From: Alphaproteobacteria bacterium | GTDB lineage: Bacteria; Pseudomonadota; Alphaproteobacteria; CALKHQ01 | Length of the DNA: 64,000 nucleotides | Assembly (NCBI GenBank): GCA_965227515.1 | Contig: CBDDFZ010000002.1 | Location: 320,001-384,000, forward strand | Reading direction: 5' to 3' | Shown: positions 36,237 through 47,639 of the stretch, in pieces | Numbering within the stretch: the first letter of the stretch is position 1 | How the letters are laid out: each line of letters opens with the position of its first letter | Notes under the pieces: generated by a model | What the model was told of the DNA's origin: nothing | Databases searched by the model: none | What the model saw: only the letters and a program-made list of their open reading frames with translations | Made by a program: the position numbers and the translations under genes

Positions 36237-37385
36237 GTGACCGACCTCGCAAAACCCGCGTCGCCCTTCTTCTCGACCGGACCGTGCGCCAAGCACCCTG
36301 GGTGGACCGTCGACGCCCTGTCGAACGCCCGCGTCGGGCGCTCGCACCGCGCGTCCCCCGTCAAGGCGCAGATGGTCGACATCATCGCCCGATCGAAGGC
36401 ACTGCTCGGCATGCCCGAGGGATGGCGGCTCGGCATCGTGCCGGGGTCGGACACCGGCGCGTTCGAGATGGCGCTGTGGAACCTGCTCGGGCCGCGCGGC
36501 GTCGATGTGCTGTCGTGGGAGAGCTTTGGCAAGGGTTGGGCATCCGACGTGGTCGGCCAGCTCAAGATCGCCGATGTGCGCAAGTTCGACGTGCCCTATG
36601 GCGAGCTGCCGGACCTGGGCGCCGTCGATCCGGGCCGCGATGTCGTGTTCACCTGGAACGGCACGACCTCTGGCGTGTGCGTGGCGAACGGCGACTGGAT
36701 CGCCGCCGACCGCGCCGGCCTGACCATCTGCGATGCCACATCGGCGGTGTTCGCGCTGCCGGTCGACTGGTCCAAGCTGGATGCGGTGACCTGGTCGTGG
36801 CAGAAGGTGCTGGGCGGCGAGGGCGCGCACGGCATGCTGGCGCTGAGCCCGCGTGCTGCCGAACGCCTGGAAAGCTACACGCCGGACTGGCCGATGCCGA
36901 AGCTGTTCCGACTGACCAAGGGCGGCAAGATCATCGAAGGCGTCTTCAAGGGCGAGACCATCAACACGCCTTCGGCATTGTGCATCGCCGACGCGCTGGA
37001 CGCGCTGTCGTGGGCCGAGCGCATTGGCGGGCTGCCCGCGTTGATGGCGCGCAGCGCCCGCAATCTGGAGACGGTCACCGACTGGGTCGCCGAAACCGAC
37101 TGGGTCGAGTTCACCGCTGTCGCGCCCGAGACGCGCTCCAGCACGTCGATCTGCCTGAAGATCGTCGACCCCTGGTTCGCCGGGCAGGACACCGACGCCC
37201 AGCGCGACCTGATCAAGCGCCTTGTCGGCCGCCTGGATGACGAGGATGTAGGATACGACTTGGCCGGCCACCGCGACGCGCCGCCGGGACTCAGGATCTG
37301 GGGCGGCGCCACGGTGGACCACAGCGATATTGCCGCCATGTTGCCTTGGCTGGATGTAGCCTATAGGGAGTTGCGGGGGTCCTAG
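36237..37385 (+). CDS. serC: Phosphoserine aminotransferase (alphaproteobacterial/Methanosarcina type)
   Basis: [64 protein letters not shown]; GTG start is approximate. Confidence 0.95.
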   Translation: MTDLAKPASPFFSTGPCAKHPGWTVDALSNARVGRSHRASPVKAQMVDIIARSKALLGMPEGWRLGIVPGSDTGAFEMALWNLLGPRGVDVLSWESFGKGWASDVVGQLKIADVRKFDVPYGELPDLGAVDPGRDVVFTWNGTTSGVCVANGDWIAADRAGLTICDATSAVFALPVDWSKLDAVTWSWQKVLGGEGAHGMLALSPRAAERLESYTPDWPMPKLFRLTKGGKIIEGVFKGETINTPSALCIADALDALSWAERIGGLPALMARSARNLETVTDWVAETDWVEFTAVAPETRSSTSICLKIVDPWFAGQDTDAQRDLIKRLVGRLDDEDVGYDLAGHRDAPPGLRIWGGATVDHSDIAAMLPWLDVAYRELRGS

Positions 37386-37437
37386 CGATCGCTCGCGACC
37401 ACGCAACGCAGCCGTCACACGTGTACAGAGACGAGCC

Positions 37438-39072
37438 ATGCCAGACACGACCATCATCGAGCCGCAAGACGCGGCACAGGCCGACGCGGACACAGCGCCC
37501 CGCGTCCTGATCTCCGACAAGCTGAGCCCGCGCGCGGCGGCGATCTTCGAAGCGCGCGGCGTTGCGGTCGACAGCCGGCCCGGCCTGGAGGCCGCCGACC
37601 TGGCCGACATCATCGGCGACTATGACGGCATCGCCATCCGCTCGGCGACCAAGGTCACCGCCGACCTGCTGGCCAAGGCCGGCAAGTTGCGCGTGGTCGG
37701 CCGCGCCGGCATCGGTGTCGACAATGTCGACGTGCCCGCCGCCACCGAGCGCGGCGTGGTGGTGATGAACACCCCGTTCGGTAACTCGATCACCACCGCC
37801 GAGCATGCGGTGGCAATGATGATGGCGCTGGCCCGCCAGCTCCCCGCCGCCGACCGCTCGACCCAGGCTGGCAAGTGGGAAAAGAGCCGCTTCATGGGCG
37901 TCGAACTGACCGGCAAGACGCTCGGCATCATCGGCTGCGGCAACATCGGCTGCAATGTCGCCATGCGCGCCCACGGCCTGTTCATGAAGGTGGTGGCCTA
38001 CGACCCGTTCCTGTCGCCGGAGCGCGCGTCGGAGCTTCGGGTCGAGAAGGTCGACCTGGACGATCTGTTGAGCCGGGCCGACTTCATCACCCTGCACACG
38101 CCGCTCAGCGACCAGACCCGCAATATCATCGACGCGGCCGCTTTGGCCCGGGCCAAGCGCGGGGTGCGGATCGTCAACTGCGCCCGCGGCGGCCTCGTGG
38201 ACGAGGCCGCCTTGCTCGAAGCGCTGGAGAGCGGCCAGGTCGCCGGTGCCGCGCTCGACGTGTTCCTGGAGGAGCCGGCGCGCGAGAACCCGCTGTTCGG
38301 GCGCGACGACGTGATCGCGACCCCGCACCTGGGCGCCTCCACGTCCGAGGCGCAGGAGAACGTGGCGATCCAGGTCGCCGAGCAGATGTCCGACTACCTG
38401 CTGCACGGCGCGGTGGTGAACGCGGTCAACATGCCGGCGGTTTCGGCCGAGGAGGCGCCGCGCCTGCTGCCCTACATGAAACTCGCCGAGCAGCTTGGCA
38501 GCTTCGCCGGCCAGCTCACCGAATCCGGCGTCAAGGCGATCGAGATCGAATACCAGGGCGCGGCCGCTACCCTGAACACGCGCCCGATCAAGCAGGCGAT
38601 GCTGGCCGGCTTCTTCCGGCCGTTGCTGAACTCGGTCAACCTGGTCAACGCGCCGGTGATCGCCAAGCAGCGCAACATCGAGGTGCGCGAGGCGTTCAAC
38701 GACCGGGCCGAGGACTACCAGACCCTGCTCCGGCTGACCGTCACCACCGAGCGCCGCAGCCGTTCGGTCGCCGGCACGCTGATCGGCGGCGACAAGCCGC
38801 GCGTGGTCAACATCAAGGGCATCGAGGTCGAGGCCGCGCTGACCGGCCACATGATCTACATCGCCAACCGCGACAAGCCCGGCATCATCGGCCGTATCGG
38901 CACCATGATCGGCGAGTGCGGGGTCAACATCGGCACCTTCCACCTGGGTCGTACTTCCGAGGGCGAGGACGCGATCGCGCTGATCGCGGTCGACAACGCG
39001 CCGCCCGCCGGCTGCCTGAAGCGCTTGTGCGAGCTGGAGCACGTGACCCAGGCCAAGCTGCTGACTTTCTGA
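37438..39072 (+). CDS. serA: D-3-phosphoglycerate dehydrogenase
   Basis: GRAGIGVDNVD, NTPFGNSITTAEHA, GCGNIG, NCARGG, TPHLGAST, C-terminal ACT domain. Confidence 0.97.
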   Translation: MPDTTIIEPQDAAQADADTAPRVLISDKLSPRAAAIFEARGVAVDSRPGLEAADLADIIGDYDGIAIRSATKVTADLLAKAGKLRVVGRAGIGVDNVDVPAATERGVVVMNTPFGNSITTAEHAVAMMMALARQLPAADRSTQAGKWEKSRFMGVELTGKTLGIIGCGNIGCNVAMRAHGLFMKVVAYDPFLSPERASELRVEKVDLDDLLSRADFITLHTPLSDQTRNIIDAAALARAKRGVRIVNCARGGLVDEAALLEALESGQVAGAALDVFLEEPARENPLFGRDDVIATPHLGASTSEAQENVAIQVAEQMSDYLLHGAVVNAVNMPAVSAEEAPRLLPYMKLAEQLGSFAGQLTESGVKAIEIEYQGAAATLNTRPIKQAMLAGFFRPLLNSVNLVNAPVIAKQRNIEVREAFNDRAEDYQTLLRLTVTTERRSRSVAGTLIGGDKPRVVNIKGIEVEAALTGHMIYIANRDKPGIIGRIGTMIGECGVNIGTFHLGRTSEGEDAIALIAVDNAPPAGCLKRLCELEHVTQAKLLTF

Positions 39073-39103
39073 TCCACACGTCTGCCGACCGACGCTTTTC
39101 GCC

Positions 39104-40270
39104 GTGAGCCCCGTTCCGCCCGACGCCCTTCTGCCCGCTGGCTTCATGGATGGCCTGCCGCCGCGCGCCGACCATGAGGAGCGCACCATTGCGCGCCTGA
39201 TGGCGAGCTTCGGCCAGCACGGCTATCAGCGCGTGTCGCCGCCGATGGTGGAGTTCGAGGACGGCCTGCTGCGCGGCGCCAGCGCGGCGCTGAGCCCGCA
39301 CACCTTCCGCCTGATGGACCCGGTGTCGCAGCGGATGATGGGCCTGCGCGCCGATATCACCGGCCAGATCGCCCGCATCGCCTCCACCCGGCTGCACAAA
39401 TGGCCGCGCCCGCTGCGCCTGTCCTATGCCGGCTCGGTGCTCAGGGTGCGCGGCACCGACCTCAGGCCGGAGCGCGAGTACGTGCAGGCCGGCGTCGAGC
39501 TGATCGGCGCCGACACCGCCGCCGCCGACGTCGAGGTCATCGTGCTCGCGGCCGAGGCGTTGCGGTCCGCCGGTGTCCAGCGGGTGAGCATCGACCTGAC
39601 CTTGCCGACCCTGGTGCCGGCGGTGCTGGCCGCCACCGACCTGGCGCCCGAAGACCATGGCCGGGTGCGCCGGGCGCTGGACCAGAAGGATGGCGCCGCG
39701 CTGGCCCAGGCCGCTGGTCCGGCCGCCGTGCTGCTGGAGACCCTGTTGTCCGCGGGCGGTCGCGCCGATGCCGCCGTCGAGGTGCTGCGCGCCGCCGACC
39801 TGCCGGCCACGGCGGCGGAGGAGATCGACCGGCTGGCGGCGGTGGTGGCCGACGTCACCATTGCCGAGCCGGACCTGCAACTGACGGTCGACGCGGTGGA
39901 GAACACCGGCTTCGAGTACCACACGGGGGTCTCGTTCACGGTCTACGCGCCGGGGGTGCGTGGCGAGCTGGGGCGCGGCGGCCGCTATCGGGCGGGTGCG
40001 GCGGGCGAGCCGGCCACCGGCTGCTCGCTCTATATCGACACGCTGCTGCGTGCCATCGACGGGCCGGCGCCGGCACGCCTGTTGTGGCTGCCCGTCGGCA
40101 CCGATGCCGAGACCGCGCGCCGGCTGCGTGGCGAGGGCTGGCGCACCGTCAAGGCGCTGGCGCCAACAGACGATGACGCGCGGGAAGCCCACCGGCTGGG
40201 CTGCACCCACCGCCTGGGCGACGATGGCCCGATGTTGTTGGACGGGCAGGTGGACGGGGGAGAGGAATAG
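39104..40270 (+). CDS. hisZ: ATP phosphoribosyltransferase regulatory subunit
   Basis: LLPAGFMDGLP, LRADITGQIARIA, QAGVELIG, FEYHTG, GRGGRY. Confidence 0.93.
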   Translation: MSPVPPDALLPAGFMDGLPPRADHEERTIARLMASFGQHGYQRVSPPMVEFEDGLLRGASAALSPHTFRLMDPVSQRMMGLRADITGQIARIASTRLHKWPRPLRLSYAGSVLRVRGTDLRPEREYVQAGVELIGADTAAADVEVIVLAAEALRSAGVQRVSIDLTLPTLVPAVLAATDLAPEDHGRVRRALDQKDGAALAQAAGPAAVLLETLLSAGGRADAAVEVLRAADLPATAAEEIDRLAAVVADVTIAEPDLQLTVDAVENTGFEYHTGVSFTVYAPGVRGELGRGGRYRAGAAGEPATGCSLYIDTLLRAIDGPAPARLLWLPVGTDAETARRLRGEGWRTVKALAPTDDDAREAHRLGCTHRLGDDGPMLLDGQVDGGEE

Positions 40271-41563
<1,293 letters not shown>

Positions 41564-41571
41564 GGTTGCCC

Positions 41572-42285
41572 ATGCCGCACATGACTTCCCGCGTGCTTGC
41601 CTCGGCCGTTGCCGCGCTTGTTCTGGCCGGTTCGGCCATGGCGCAGGAGCACGGCCGCATCCGCCCGGTGGACCAGGGCGACGGCGACCGGGTGTTCTCC
41701 GATTTTCGCGCCGGCCTGCTGTCGGCTGTGGAGCGGCAGGACGTGGAGTATGTGCTGAACGCGGTCGACGCCAACATCGATATCGGCGGCTACGCCCAGC
41801 AGCTCGGCGGCATCGACGGTATCGTCGGCTTCGTCATCGCCTGGATGCCCGATGGCGCGCCGATCGCGGACTGGGACCTGTGGCCGCGCCTGGACGTGAT
41901 CCTACGCAATGGCGGGCGGTTTGAGTCCGCGACCCAGTTCTGCGCGCCGTTCTATCACACCGACCGGCCCGGTTGGGTCGACGCCGACGAGCGCCGCTTC
42001 GCCATCGCGCTCAGGCCAGACGTGCCGGTCTATCCGCAGCCGTCGACGGCGCAGAACGCCATCGGCACGGCGGAGGAAGGCGAGATCCTGGAAGTGGTGA
42101 ACCCGGCCGGCCAGGCGGTCGCCGATGTCGCCCGCGCCAGCGAACTGAGCTTCGAGGCGCTGTGGTACGCCGGCGGTCCCGGCTACATCGACGCCAGTGC
42201 CGTGCAGCGCCTGGGCGGCGACTTCGCCTGCTTCACCAAGACCGAACGCCATGGCTGGCAGATGACCTGGTTCGGCTCGCGGTAG
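41572..42285 (+). CDS. Secreted hypothetical protein, possible C-terminal SH3-like domain
   Basis: Signal peptide ..SAMA-QE; RPVDQG..FSDFRAGLLSAVERQD..FCAPF; VPVYPQPS..GYI. Confidence 0.65.
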   Translation: MPHMTSRVLASAVAALVLAGSAMAQEHGRIRPVDQGDGDRVFSDFRAGLLSAVERQDVEYVLNAVDANIDIGGYAQQLGGIDGIVGFVIAWMPDGAPIADWDLWPRLDVILRNGGRFESATQFCAPFYHTDRPGWVDADERRFAIALRPDVPVYPQPSTAQNAIGTAEEGEILEVVNPAGQAVADVARASELSFEALWYAGGPGYIDASAVQRLGGDFACFTKTERHGWQMTWFGSR

Positions 42286-42312
42286 GCCGTCGCCCGGTCA
42301 GTTTTGGCCCGG

Positions 42313-43434
42313 TCAGTCTTTGCTGGGAGTTGCATTGACCAGCGAATAGCTGGTGCTGCGCCCGCCTGCGTCGTCCTTCCTCAGGATTCCGCGCGCGATC
42401 AATGCATTGATGTCGCGCAGCGCCGTATCGGGCGAGCATTTCTCGATCTTCGCCCATTTTGATGTTGTCAGCTTGCCCGCGAAGCCGTCGAGAAGCCGGG
42501 TCAGCATGTCCCGCTGGCGGTCGTTCAGGTCTGCGGTGCCGTGGGTATCCCAGAACCGGGTCCGTTCCATGACCGCCGCCAATGCTTCCTGCGCGCTGTC
42601 AATCGCGCGCTCCAGGCAGGCCAGGAACCAGGCGAGCCATTCGGTGACGTCGAGGTCGCCCTTCTGCGTCGCTTCCAGGGTTTTGTAGTAGGCATCGCGC
42701 TCGCGCCGAATCTGCGCGGACATGCTGTAGTAGCGTTGCGGGCTGCCCTCGGAGCGCGCGAGCTGCATGTCCGCGATGGCCCGCGCAATGCGCCCGTTGC
42801 CGTCGTCAAAAGGATGGATGGTGACGAACCACAGATGGGCCAGCGCCGATTTCAGGACAGGGTCCAGGCTGGCCCCGTTATCGAACCATGCCAGGAAGCG
42901 GGCCATTTCGGTGTCGAGGCGGTCGGCGGCCGGCGCTTGGTAGTGGACCCGTTCCCGGCCGTAAGCGCCTGAGACGACCTGCATCGGCCCCCTGGCATCG
43001 TCGCGCCAGTTGCCGACGATGATCCGGGAGATGCCGCTCCAGCCGGTGGGAAAAAGCGATGCGTGCCAGCCGTGCAATCTGGCGGTGGTCAGTGGCCTGT
43101 CGAAGCGCTGTGTGGCATCGAGCATCATTTCGACGACGCCCTCGACATGCCTGTCGGCAGGTGCCAAGGCGCCGATATCGATGCCGAGACGACGCGCAAT
43201 GGAGGATCGCACCTGGTCGCGGTCCAGTACTTCACCTTCGATGTCGCTCGACTTGAGGACGTCTTCGGTCAGTGTGCGAAGTTTCGCTTCGTCGCGCAGG
43301 GGGAACCCAAGTCCGTCCATTCGCCCCAACAGTCGGCCCTGTTGATGACGGACGGCAGCCAATGGTTCCGCCAGGGCATCCATGTCCCAGCAGAAAGCCG
43401 GCCAATCCGGGCGCTCGTGGATGTAGGTGACCAT
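42313..43434 (-). CDS. Fic family AMPylase (DUF4172-Fic-wHTH, class II)
   Basis: Canonical HPFDDGNGRIAR; N-terminal inhibitory SSDIEG; C-terminal wHTH CSPDTALRDINALIARGIL..GGRSTSY. Confidence 0.95.
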   Translation of the reverse strand: MVTYIHERPDWPAFCWDMDALAEPLAAVRHQQGRLLGRMDGLGFPLRDEAKLRTLTEDVLKSSDIEGEVLDRDQVRSSIARRLGIDIGALAPADRHVEGVVEMMLDATQRFDRPLTTARLHGWHASLFPTGWSGISRIIVGNWRDDARGPMQVVSGAYGRERVHYQAPAADRLDTEMARFLAWFDNGASLDPVLKSALAHLWFVTIHPFDDGNGRIARAIADMQLARSEGSPQRYYSMSAQIRRERDAYYKTLEATQKGDLDVTEWLAWFLACLERAIDSAQEALAAVMERTRFWDTHGTADLNDRQRDMLTRLLDGFAGKLTTSKWAKIEKCSPDTALRDINALIARGILRKDDAGGRSTSYSLVNATPSKD

Positions 43435-43533
43435 ATTCTCCGCATCCTTTGCGGTGATTATGGTCGCTATTCACCGCATGCGCCAGCCTAATCTCCGCAA
43501 CATATGCGGTGAATAGGGTCTCCAATCTCCGCA
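43434..43533. promoter_or_regulatory. Six-box operator array (consensus TAWTCWCCGCA) with 55-bp period upstream of fic
   Basis: Boxes start at 43434 (forward), 43450 (reverse), 43468 (forward), 43489 (forward), 43505 (reverse), 43523 (forward). Confidence 0.8.
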
Positions 43534-43568
43534 CGAGCCCTCACCCGGATAACCAAGGCGCATATTCG

Positions 43569-43586
43569 TTTGCAAAATTACGCAAA
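43569..43586. promoter_or_regulatory. Candidate ArsR-family operator for the VOC-ArsR-SRPBCC operon
   Basis: TTTGC-AAAATTAC-GCAAA in an AT-rich patch about 40 bp upstream of ATG 43625. Confidence 0.5.
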
Positions 43587-43624
43587 TATTTTATTATCCG
43601 CACATCAAAATCAGGAGCGCTGCC

Positions 43625-44071
43625 ATGAAGCCAACCCCGCCCGACTGGCCCCGTATCTCGGCCGGCGTCTACTACAACGACCCTGCCGCCGCCATCGACT
43701 GGCTGTGCAAGGCGTTCGGCTTCGAGGTGCGGCTGAAGGTGGAGGGCGAGGGCGGGCGCATCGAGCATTCCGAACTGACCTATGGCGATGGGCTGGTCAT
43801 GGTCGGCCAGGCCGGCACGGCCGAGAAGGGCGGCCATACCGCCAGCCCCGCATCCCTCAATGGCTCGGTGACCCAGTCGCTCGCGATCTTCGTCGACGAT
43901 GCCGATGCCCATTGCGCGACCGCGCGGGCTGCCGGCGCCACCATCGCCTATGAGCCGACCACGACCGACTACGGCGCCGACTATTGGGCCGACCGCAGCT
44001 ATCGCGCGGTCGATCCGGAAGGGCACCATTGGTGGTTCATGCAGCGGGTCCGTGGGCCCGGTGCTGACTGA
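43625..44071 (+). CDS. VOC/glyoxalase-bleomycin resistance family protein
   Basis: YYNDPAAAIDWLCKAFGFE..HSELTYGDG..VDDADAH..DPEGHHWWF. Confidence 0.9.
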   Translation: MKPTPPDWPRISAGVYYNDPAAAIDWLCKAFGFEVRLKVEGEGGRIEHSELTYGDGLVMVGQAGTAEKGGHTASPASLNGSVTQSLAIFVDDADAHCATARAAGATIAYEPTTTDYGADYWADRSYRAVDPEGHHWWFMQRVRGPGAD

Positions 44072-44079
44072 GCCGGCGG

Positions 44080-44415
44080 GTGGAGCGCACATTCTCCGCA
44101 TTGGGCGACCCGGCGCGGCTGGCCATGGTGGAGCTGCTCATCGGCGGCCCGCAGCGCTCCGGCGACATTGCCAGGGCGCTGGACCTCGCCCATCCTGCCG
44201 TCAGCCGGCACTTGAAGATCCTGCGCCAGGCCGGCCTGGTCGAGGAGGCACTGGCCGAGGACGACCGCCGCGCCCACGTCTACCGATTGCGCCGGCCGCA
44301 ATTCAGCGCCATGCGCGGCTGGCTGGACGAGGTTGAGGCGTTCTGGCGCGGGCAGCTCGATGCCTTCAAGGCATACGCCGAATCAGGCGAGGGCAGGGAG
44401 GACGGCGCACAATGA
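44080..44415 (+). CDS. ArsR/SmtB family regulator
   Basis: FSALGDPARLAMVELL..PAVSRHLKILRQAGLV..FWRGQLDAF. Confidence 0.9.
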   Translation: MERTFSALGDPARLAMVELLIGGPQRSGDIARALDLAHPAVSRHLKILRQAGLVEEALAEDDRRAHVYRLRRPQFSAMRGWLDEVEAFWRGQLDAFKAYAESGEGREDGAQ

Positions 44416-44927
44416 CTCCACTGGGCGCCAGCCCTCCCGGAGACAAGGCGCGGGCCACGGTGCGGGTGGGCGTGCCGCCGGAGGCCGCGTTCCGCCTGTT
44501 CACCGACCATATCGACCGCTGGTGGCGGCGAGGTCCCAAGTTCCGCGTGTTCGGCCGCGGCACCGCGGTCATCCGGCTGGAGCCGGGCGTGGGCGGCCGC
44601 CTGATCGAGGCCTATGACAGCAATGATGGTGCGCGCACCTTCGTTGCTGGCGAAGTGACAGCCTGGCAGCCCCCAACGCGCCTCGCCTTCACCTGGCGCA
44701 CCTCCAATTTCGCCGCTGATGAGGCGACCTTGGTCGAGGTCGACTTCGCGCCGGCCGCCCAGGGTACGGCGACCCTGGTGACGGTGACCCATAGCGGTTG
44801 GAGCGGCATCCGGCCCGACCACCCGGTGCGGCATGGCAAACCGCCCGCCGACTTCATCGCCATGCGCGCCCGCTGGTGGGGCGAGCTGCTCACCGCGCTC
44901 AGGGTCTATGCGCTGTCCTTGCACTGA
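44412..44927 (+). CDS. SRPBCC/AHSA1 domain protein
   Basis: VPPEAAFRLFT..WW..LEPGVGG..WQPPTRLAFTW..TLVEVDF..VTVTHSGW. Confidence 0.88.
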   Translation: MTPLGASPPGDKARATVRVGVPPEAAFRLFTDHIDRWWRRGPKFRVFGRGTAVIRLEPGVGGRLIEAYDSNDGARTFVAGEVTAWQPPTRLAFTWRTSNFAADEATLVEVDFAPAAQGTATLVTVTHSGWSGIRPDHPVRHGKPPADFIAMRARWWGELLTALRVYALSLH

Positions 44928-44989
44928 GTTGGGCCGCGCGCTGAGTTGCGCCGAACCTCCGGCGATTGGCGGTGCGAAACGCCCGTGCT

Positions 44990-46897
44990 ATGAGGGCGCA
45001 CCGCAAACAACCAAGCGACATCGAACCCGTGGGCAAACGGTCAGCCGGCAAGGTCAAACTGGACGAATCGACCCGACGTCTCGTCGGCCGCCTGTGGCGC
45101 GACTGGATGCGCCAGTACTGGCGCCAGATCGTGCTCGGCATGACGATGATGGTGGTGCTGGCGCTGGCGTCGGGCGGCTATCCGCTGCTGATCAACGAGG
45201 CGATCGAGGCGATGACCGCCTTCGAGGCCGGCGACGCGCTGAGCGAGGCCGAACAGGCCGCCAACGAGCGCCTGCTCTACCTCATCCCCATCGGCGTGCT
45301 GGTGCTGACCGTGATCAAGGGCATGTCGACCTATGCCCAGTCGGTGCTGGTGCAGGGCGTGGCGTTCCGGGTGATCAAGGACTTCCAGCGCGCGCTGTTT
45401 CGCCACCTGCTGCGCGCCGACCTCGCCACCTACCAGTCGACCGAGACCGGCAAGCTGATCTCCCGCTTCAACGTCGACGTGTTCATGATGCGCGACGGCC
45501 TGTCGAAGGCGATGACCGGGCTGGTGCGCGACACGCTGATGCTGGTGGTGATGATCGGTGCCATGTTCTACCTGAACTGGATGCTGGCGGCCGGCGTGTT
45601 CATCATCTTCCCGCTCAGCGCCATTCCCATCGTCAAGCTGGGGCGCCGGCTGCGCCGGGTCTCGCGCAGCACCCAGGCCGAAATCGGCGAGATGACCCAT
45701 CTGTTGGACGAGAGTTTCAGCGGCGCGCGGGTGGTGAAGGCTTATCGCCTGGAAGACCGGATGGCGGAGCGCGCCGACCAGTCGTTCGAGACCGTCCGCT
45801 CGCTGTCGATGAAGGGTGTCAGGGCGCGCGCCCGCACCTATCCGGTGCTGGAAATCCTGGGCGGCATCGCCATCGCGGTGGTGTTCGCCATCGGCGGGTT
45901 CATGATCCTGGCCGGCTACGGCACCCTGGGCGAGTTCGCCGGCTTCGTGACCGCGCTGTTCATGGCCTACCAGCCGGCGACGGGGCTCGGCAGCCTGAAC
46001 GCCAGCCTGCAGGAATCGCTCGCCGCCGTGCACCGGGTGTTCGGCGTGCTCGACACCAAGCCGCAAATCCTCGACGCGCCCGATGCCAAGCCGCTCGCCG
46101 TGAAGGCCGGCGAGATCAGGTTCGACGGCGTCTCCTTTGGCTATGGCGACAACATCCCGGCGCTGAAGGGGCTGAACCTGGTTGCCGAGGCCGGCAAGAC
46201 AACCGCCATCGTCGGCCCGTCGGGCGCCGGCAAGTCCACCGCGCTCAATCTGGTGCCGCGCTTCTATGACGCGCAGCAGGGCACCATCCTCTATGACGGG
46301 CAGGACGTGCGCGCGGTCACCCTCGACAGCCTGCGCGACGCCACCGCCCTGGTCAGCCAGGACGTGGTGCTGTTCAACGACACGGTGCGCGCCAACATCG
46401 CCTTCGGTGCCAGCGGCCGCGATGCGCCGCCGGACGACCCCGCGATCCAGGAGGCGGCGAAGGCCGCCGCCGCCCACGATTTCATCATGGCGCTGCCGGA
46501 CGGCTACGACACCGTGGTCGGTGAGCGCGGCGGGCGGCTGAGCGGCGGCGAGCGCCAGCGGATCGCGATTGCGCGGGCGATGCTGAAGAACGCGCCGGTC
46601 CTGTTGCTCGACGAGGCCACGGCATCGCTGGACGCGGAGTCCGAGCGCCAGGTGCAAACCGCACTCGCCCGGCTGATGGAGGGTCGCACCACCATCGTCA
46701 TCGCCCACCGTTTGGCGACCGTGCGCGACGCCGACCGCATCTATGTGCTGGATGGCGGCGCGGTGGCGGAGGAGGGCACCCACGCGGAACTGTTTGCCGC
46801 CGGCGGTCTTTACGCGCGGCTGTGCCGCATCCAGTTCCGCGACGACGGCTCCGCGCCGCTGGCCGTGGAGGCGGGGACAGCCGCAGGTACCGCCTGA
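44990..46897 (+). CDS. msbA: MsbA-like lipid A ABC exporter
   Basis: TM domain plus [33 protein letters not shown]; first gene of the lipid A cluster; start approximate. Confidence 0.88.
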   Translation: MRAHRKQPSDIEPVGKRSAGKVKLDESTRRLVGRLWRDWMRQYWRQIVLGMTMMVVLALASGGYPLLINEAIEAMTAFEAGDALSEAEQAANERLLYLIPIGVLVLTVIKGMSTYAQSVLVQGVAFRVIKDFQRALFRHLLRADLATYQSTETGKLISRFNVDVFMMRDGLSKAMTGLVRDTLMLVVMIGAMFYLNWMLAAGVFIIFPLSAIPIVKLGRRLRRVSRSTQAEIGEMTHLLDESFSGARVVKAYRLEDRMAERADQSFETVRSLSMKGVRARARTYPVLEILGGIAIAVVFAIGGFMILAGYGTLGEFAGFVTALFMAYQPATGLGSLNASLQESLAAVHRVFGVLDTKPQILDAPDAKPLAVKAGEIRFDGVSFGYGDNIPALKGLNLVAEAGKTTAIVGPSGAGKSTALNLVPRFYDAQQGTILYDGQDVRAVTLDSLRDATALVSQDVVLFNDTVRANIAFGASGRDAPPDDPAIQEAAKAAAAHDFIMALPDGYDTVVGERGGRLSGGERQRIAIARAMLKNAPVLLLDEATASLDAESERQVQTALARLMEGRTTIVIAHRLATVRDADRIYVLDGGAVAEEGTHAELFAAGGLYARLCRIQFRDDGSAPLAVEAGTAAGTA

Positions 46898-46898
46898 G

Positions 46899-47624
46899 AT
46901 GCGCCGCATCCTGCGCTCGGCCGCGGTGCAGGCGGTGGCGGCATGGGTGTTGGCGACGTACATCCGCCTGGTCTGCTGGACCACACGATGGGACGACCGG
47001 CGCATGGACGTCGCGCGCGCCGGGCCGCACAAGGGCAAGCCCCTGATCGTGGTGTTCTGGCACGGGCGCATGTTCTGCATGCCGATGGTGACCGACAAGA
47101 AACGGCGGGTCCATGTGCTGATCTCGCACCACCGCGACGGACGGCTGATCTCGCGCACCATCCGCCACTTGCATTTGCTGACCGTCGCCGGCTCGTCGTC
47201 GCGCGGCTCGCTGGGCGCGGTGCGGGCGCTGCGCGATTGCCTGGAGGCGAACGAGGTGGTGGCGATCACGCCGGATGGGCCGCGCGGGCCGCGCATGCGC
47301 GCCCAGAAGGGTGCGGTGGCCCTGGCCAGTGCGACGGGCGCGCCGATCCTGCCGTTCTCGTTCTCGGTCGCGCGCGGCCGCAATGCCAAGAGCTGGGACC
47401 GTTTCCTGCTGCCGAGGATGTTCGGGCGCGGCGTCATCATCGGCGGGCCGTTGATCGAGGTGCCGCCCGATGCCGACGACGCACAACTCGAAGCCTCCCG
47501 TCTGGAGGTCGAGGAAGCGCTGAACCGGCTGACCCGCGAGGCCGATCTGGCCTGCGGGCGCGAGCCGGTGGAGCCAGAAGACCCGTCGGTCAACCGCCAC
47601 GCCAAGCGGCGTGCCAAGGCCTAG
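46899..47624 (+). CDS. DUF374 acyltransferase (LpxJ-like lipid A secondary acyltransferase)
   Basis: FWHGR, LISHHRDG, GSSSRG, ITPDGPRGP, SWDRFLLP; lies between msbA and waaA. Confidence 0.85.
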   Translation: MRRILRSAAVQAVAAWVLATYIRLVCWTTRWDDRRMDVARAGPHKGKPLIVVFWHGRMFCMPMVTDKKRRVHVLISHHRDGRLISRTIRHLHLLTVAGSSSRGSLGAVRALRDCLEANEVVAITPDGPRGPRMRAQKGAVALASATGAPILPFSFSVARGRNAKSWDRFLLPRMFGRGVIIGGPLIEVPPDADDAQLEASRLEVEEALNRLTREADLACGREPVEPEDPSVNRHAKRRAKA

Positions 47625-47639
47625 CGGGCGGGCGCCGTC

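Noticed and set aside
36180-36300. serC leader RNA motif; Moco or other riboswitches near the Mo-enzyme operons
   Set aside because: No consensus could be recognised by eye; an Rfam/Infernal scan would be needed.
44412-44927. SRPBCC gene as the missing coxG
   Set aside because: It has an AHSA1-like sequence in an ArsR operon 26 kb from cox and no C-terminal membrane anchor.
42285-44990. fic islet as a prophage or integrative element
   Set aside because: No integrase, att-like direct repeats or tRNA target were seen.
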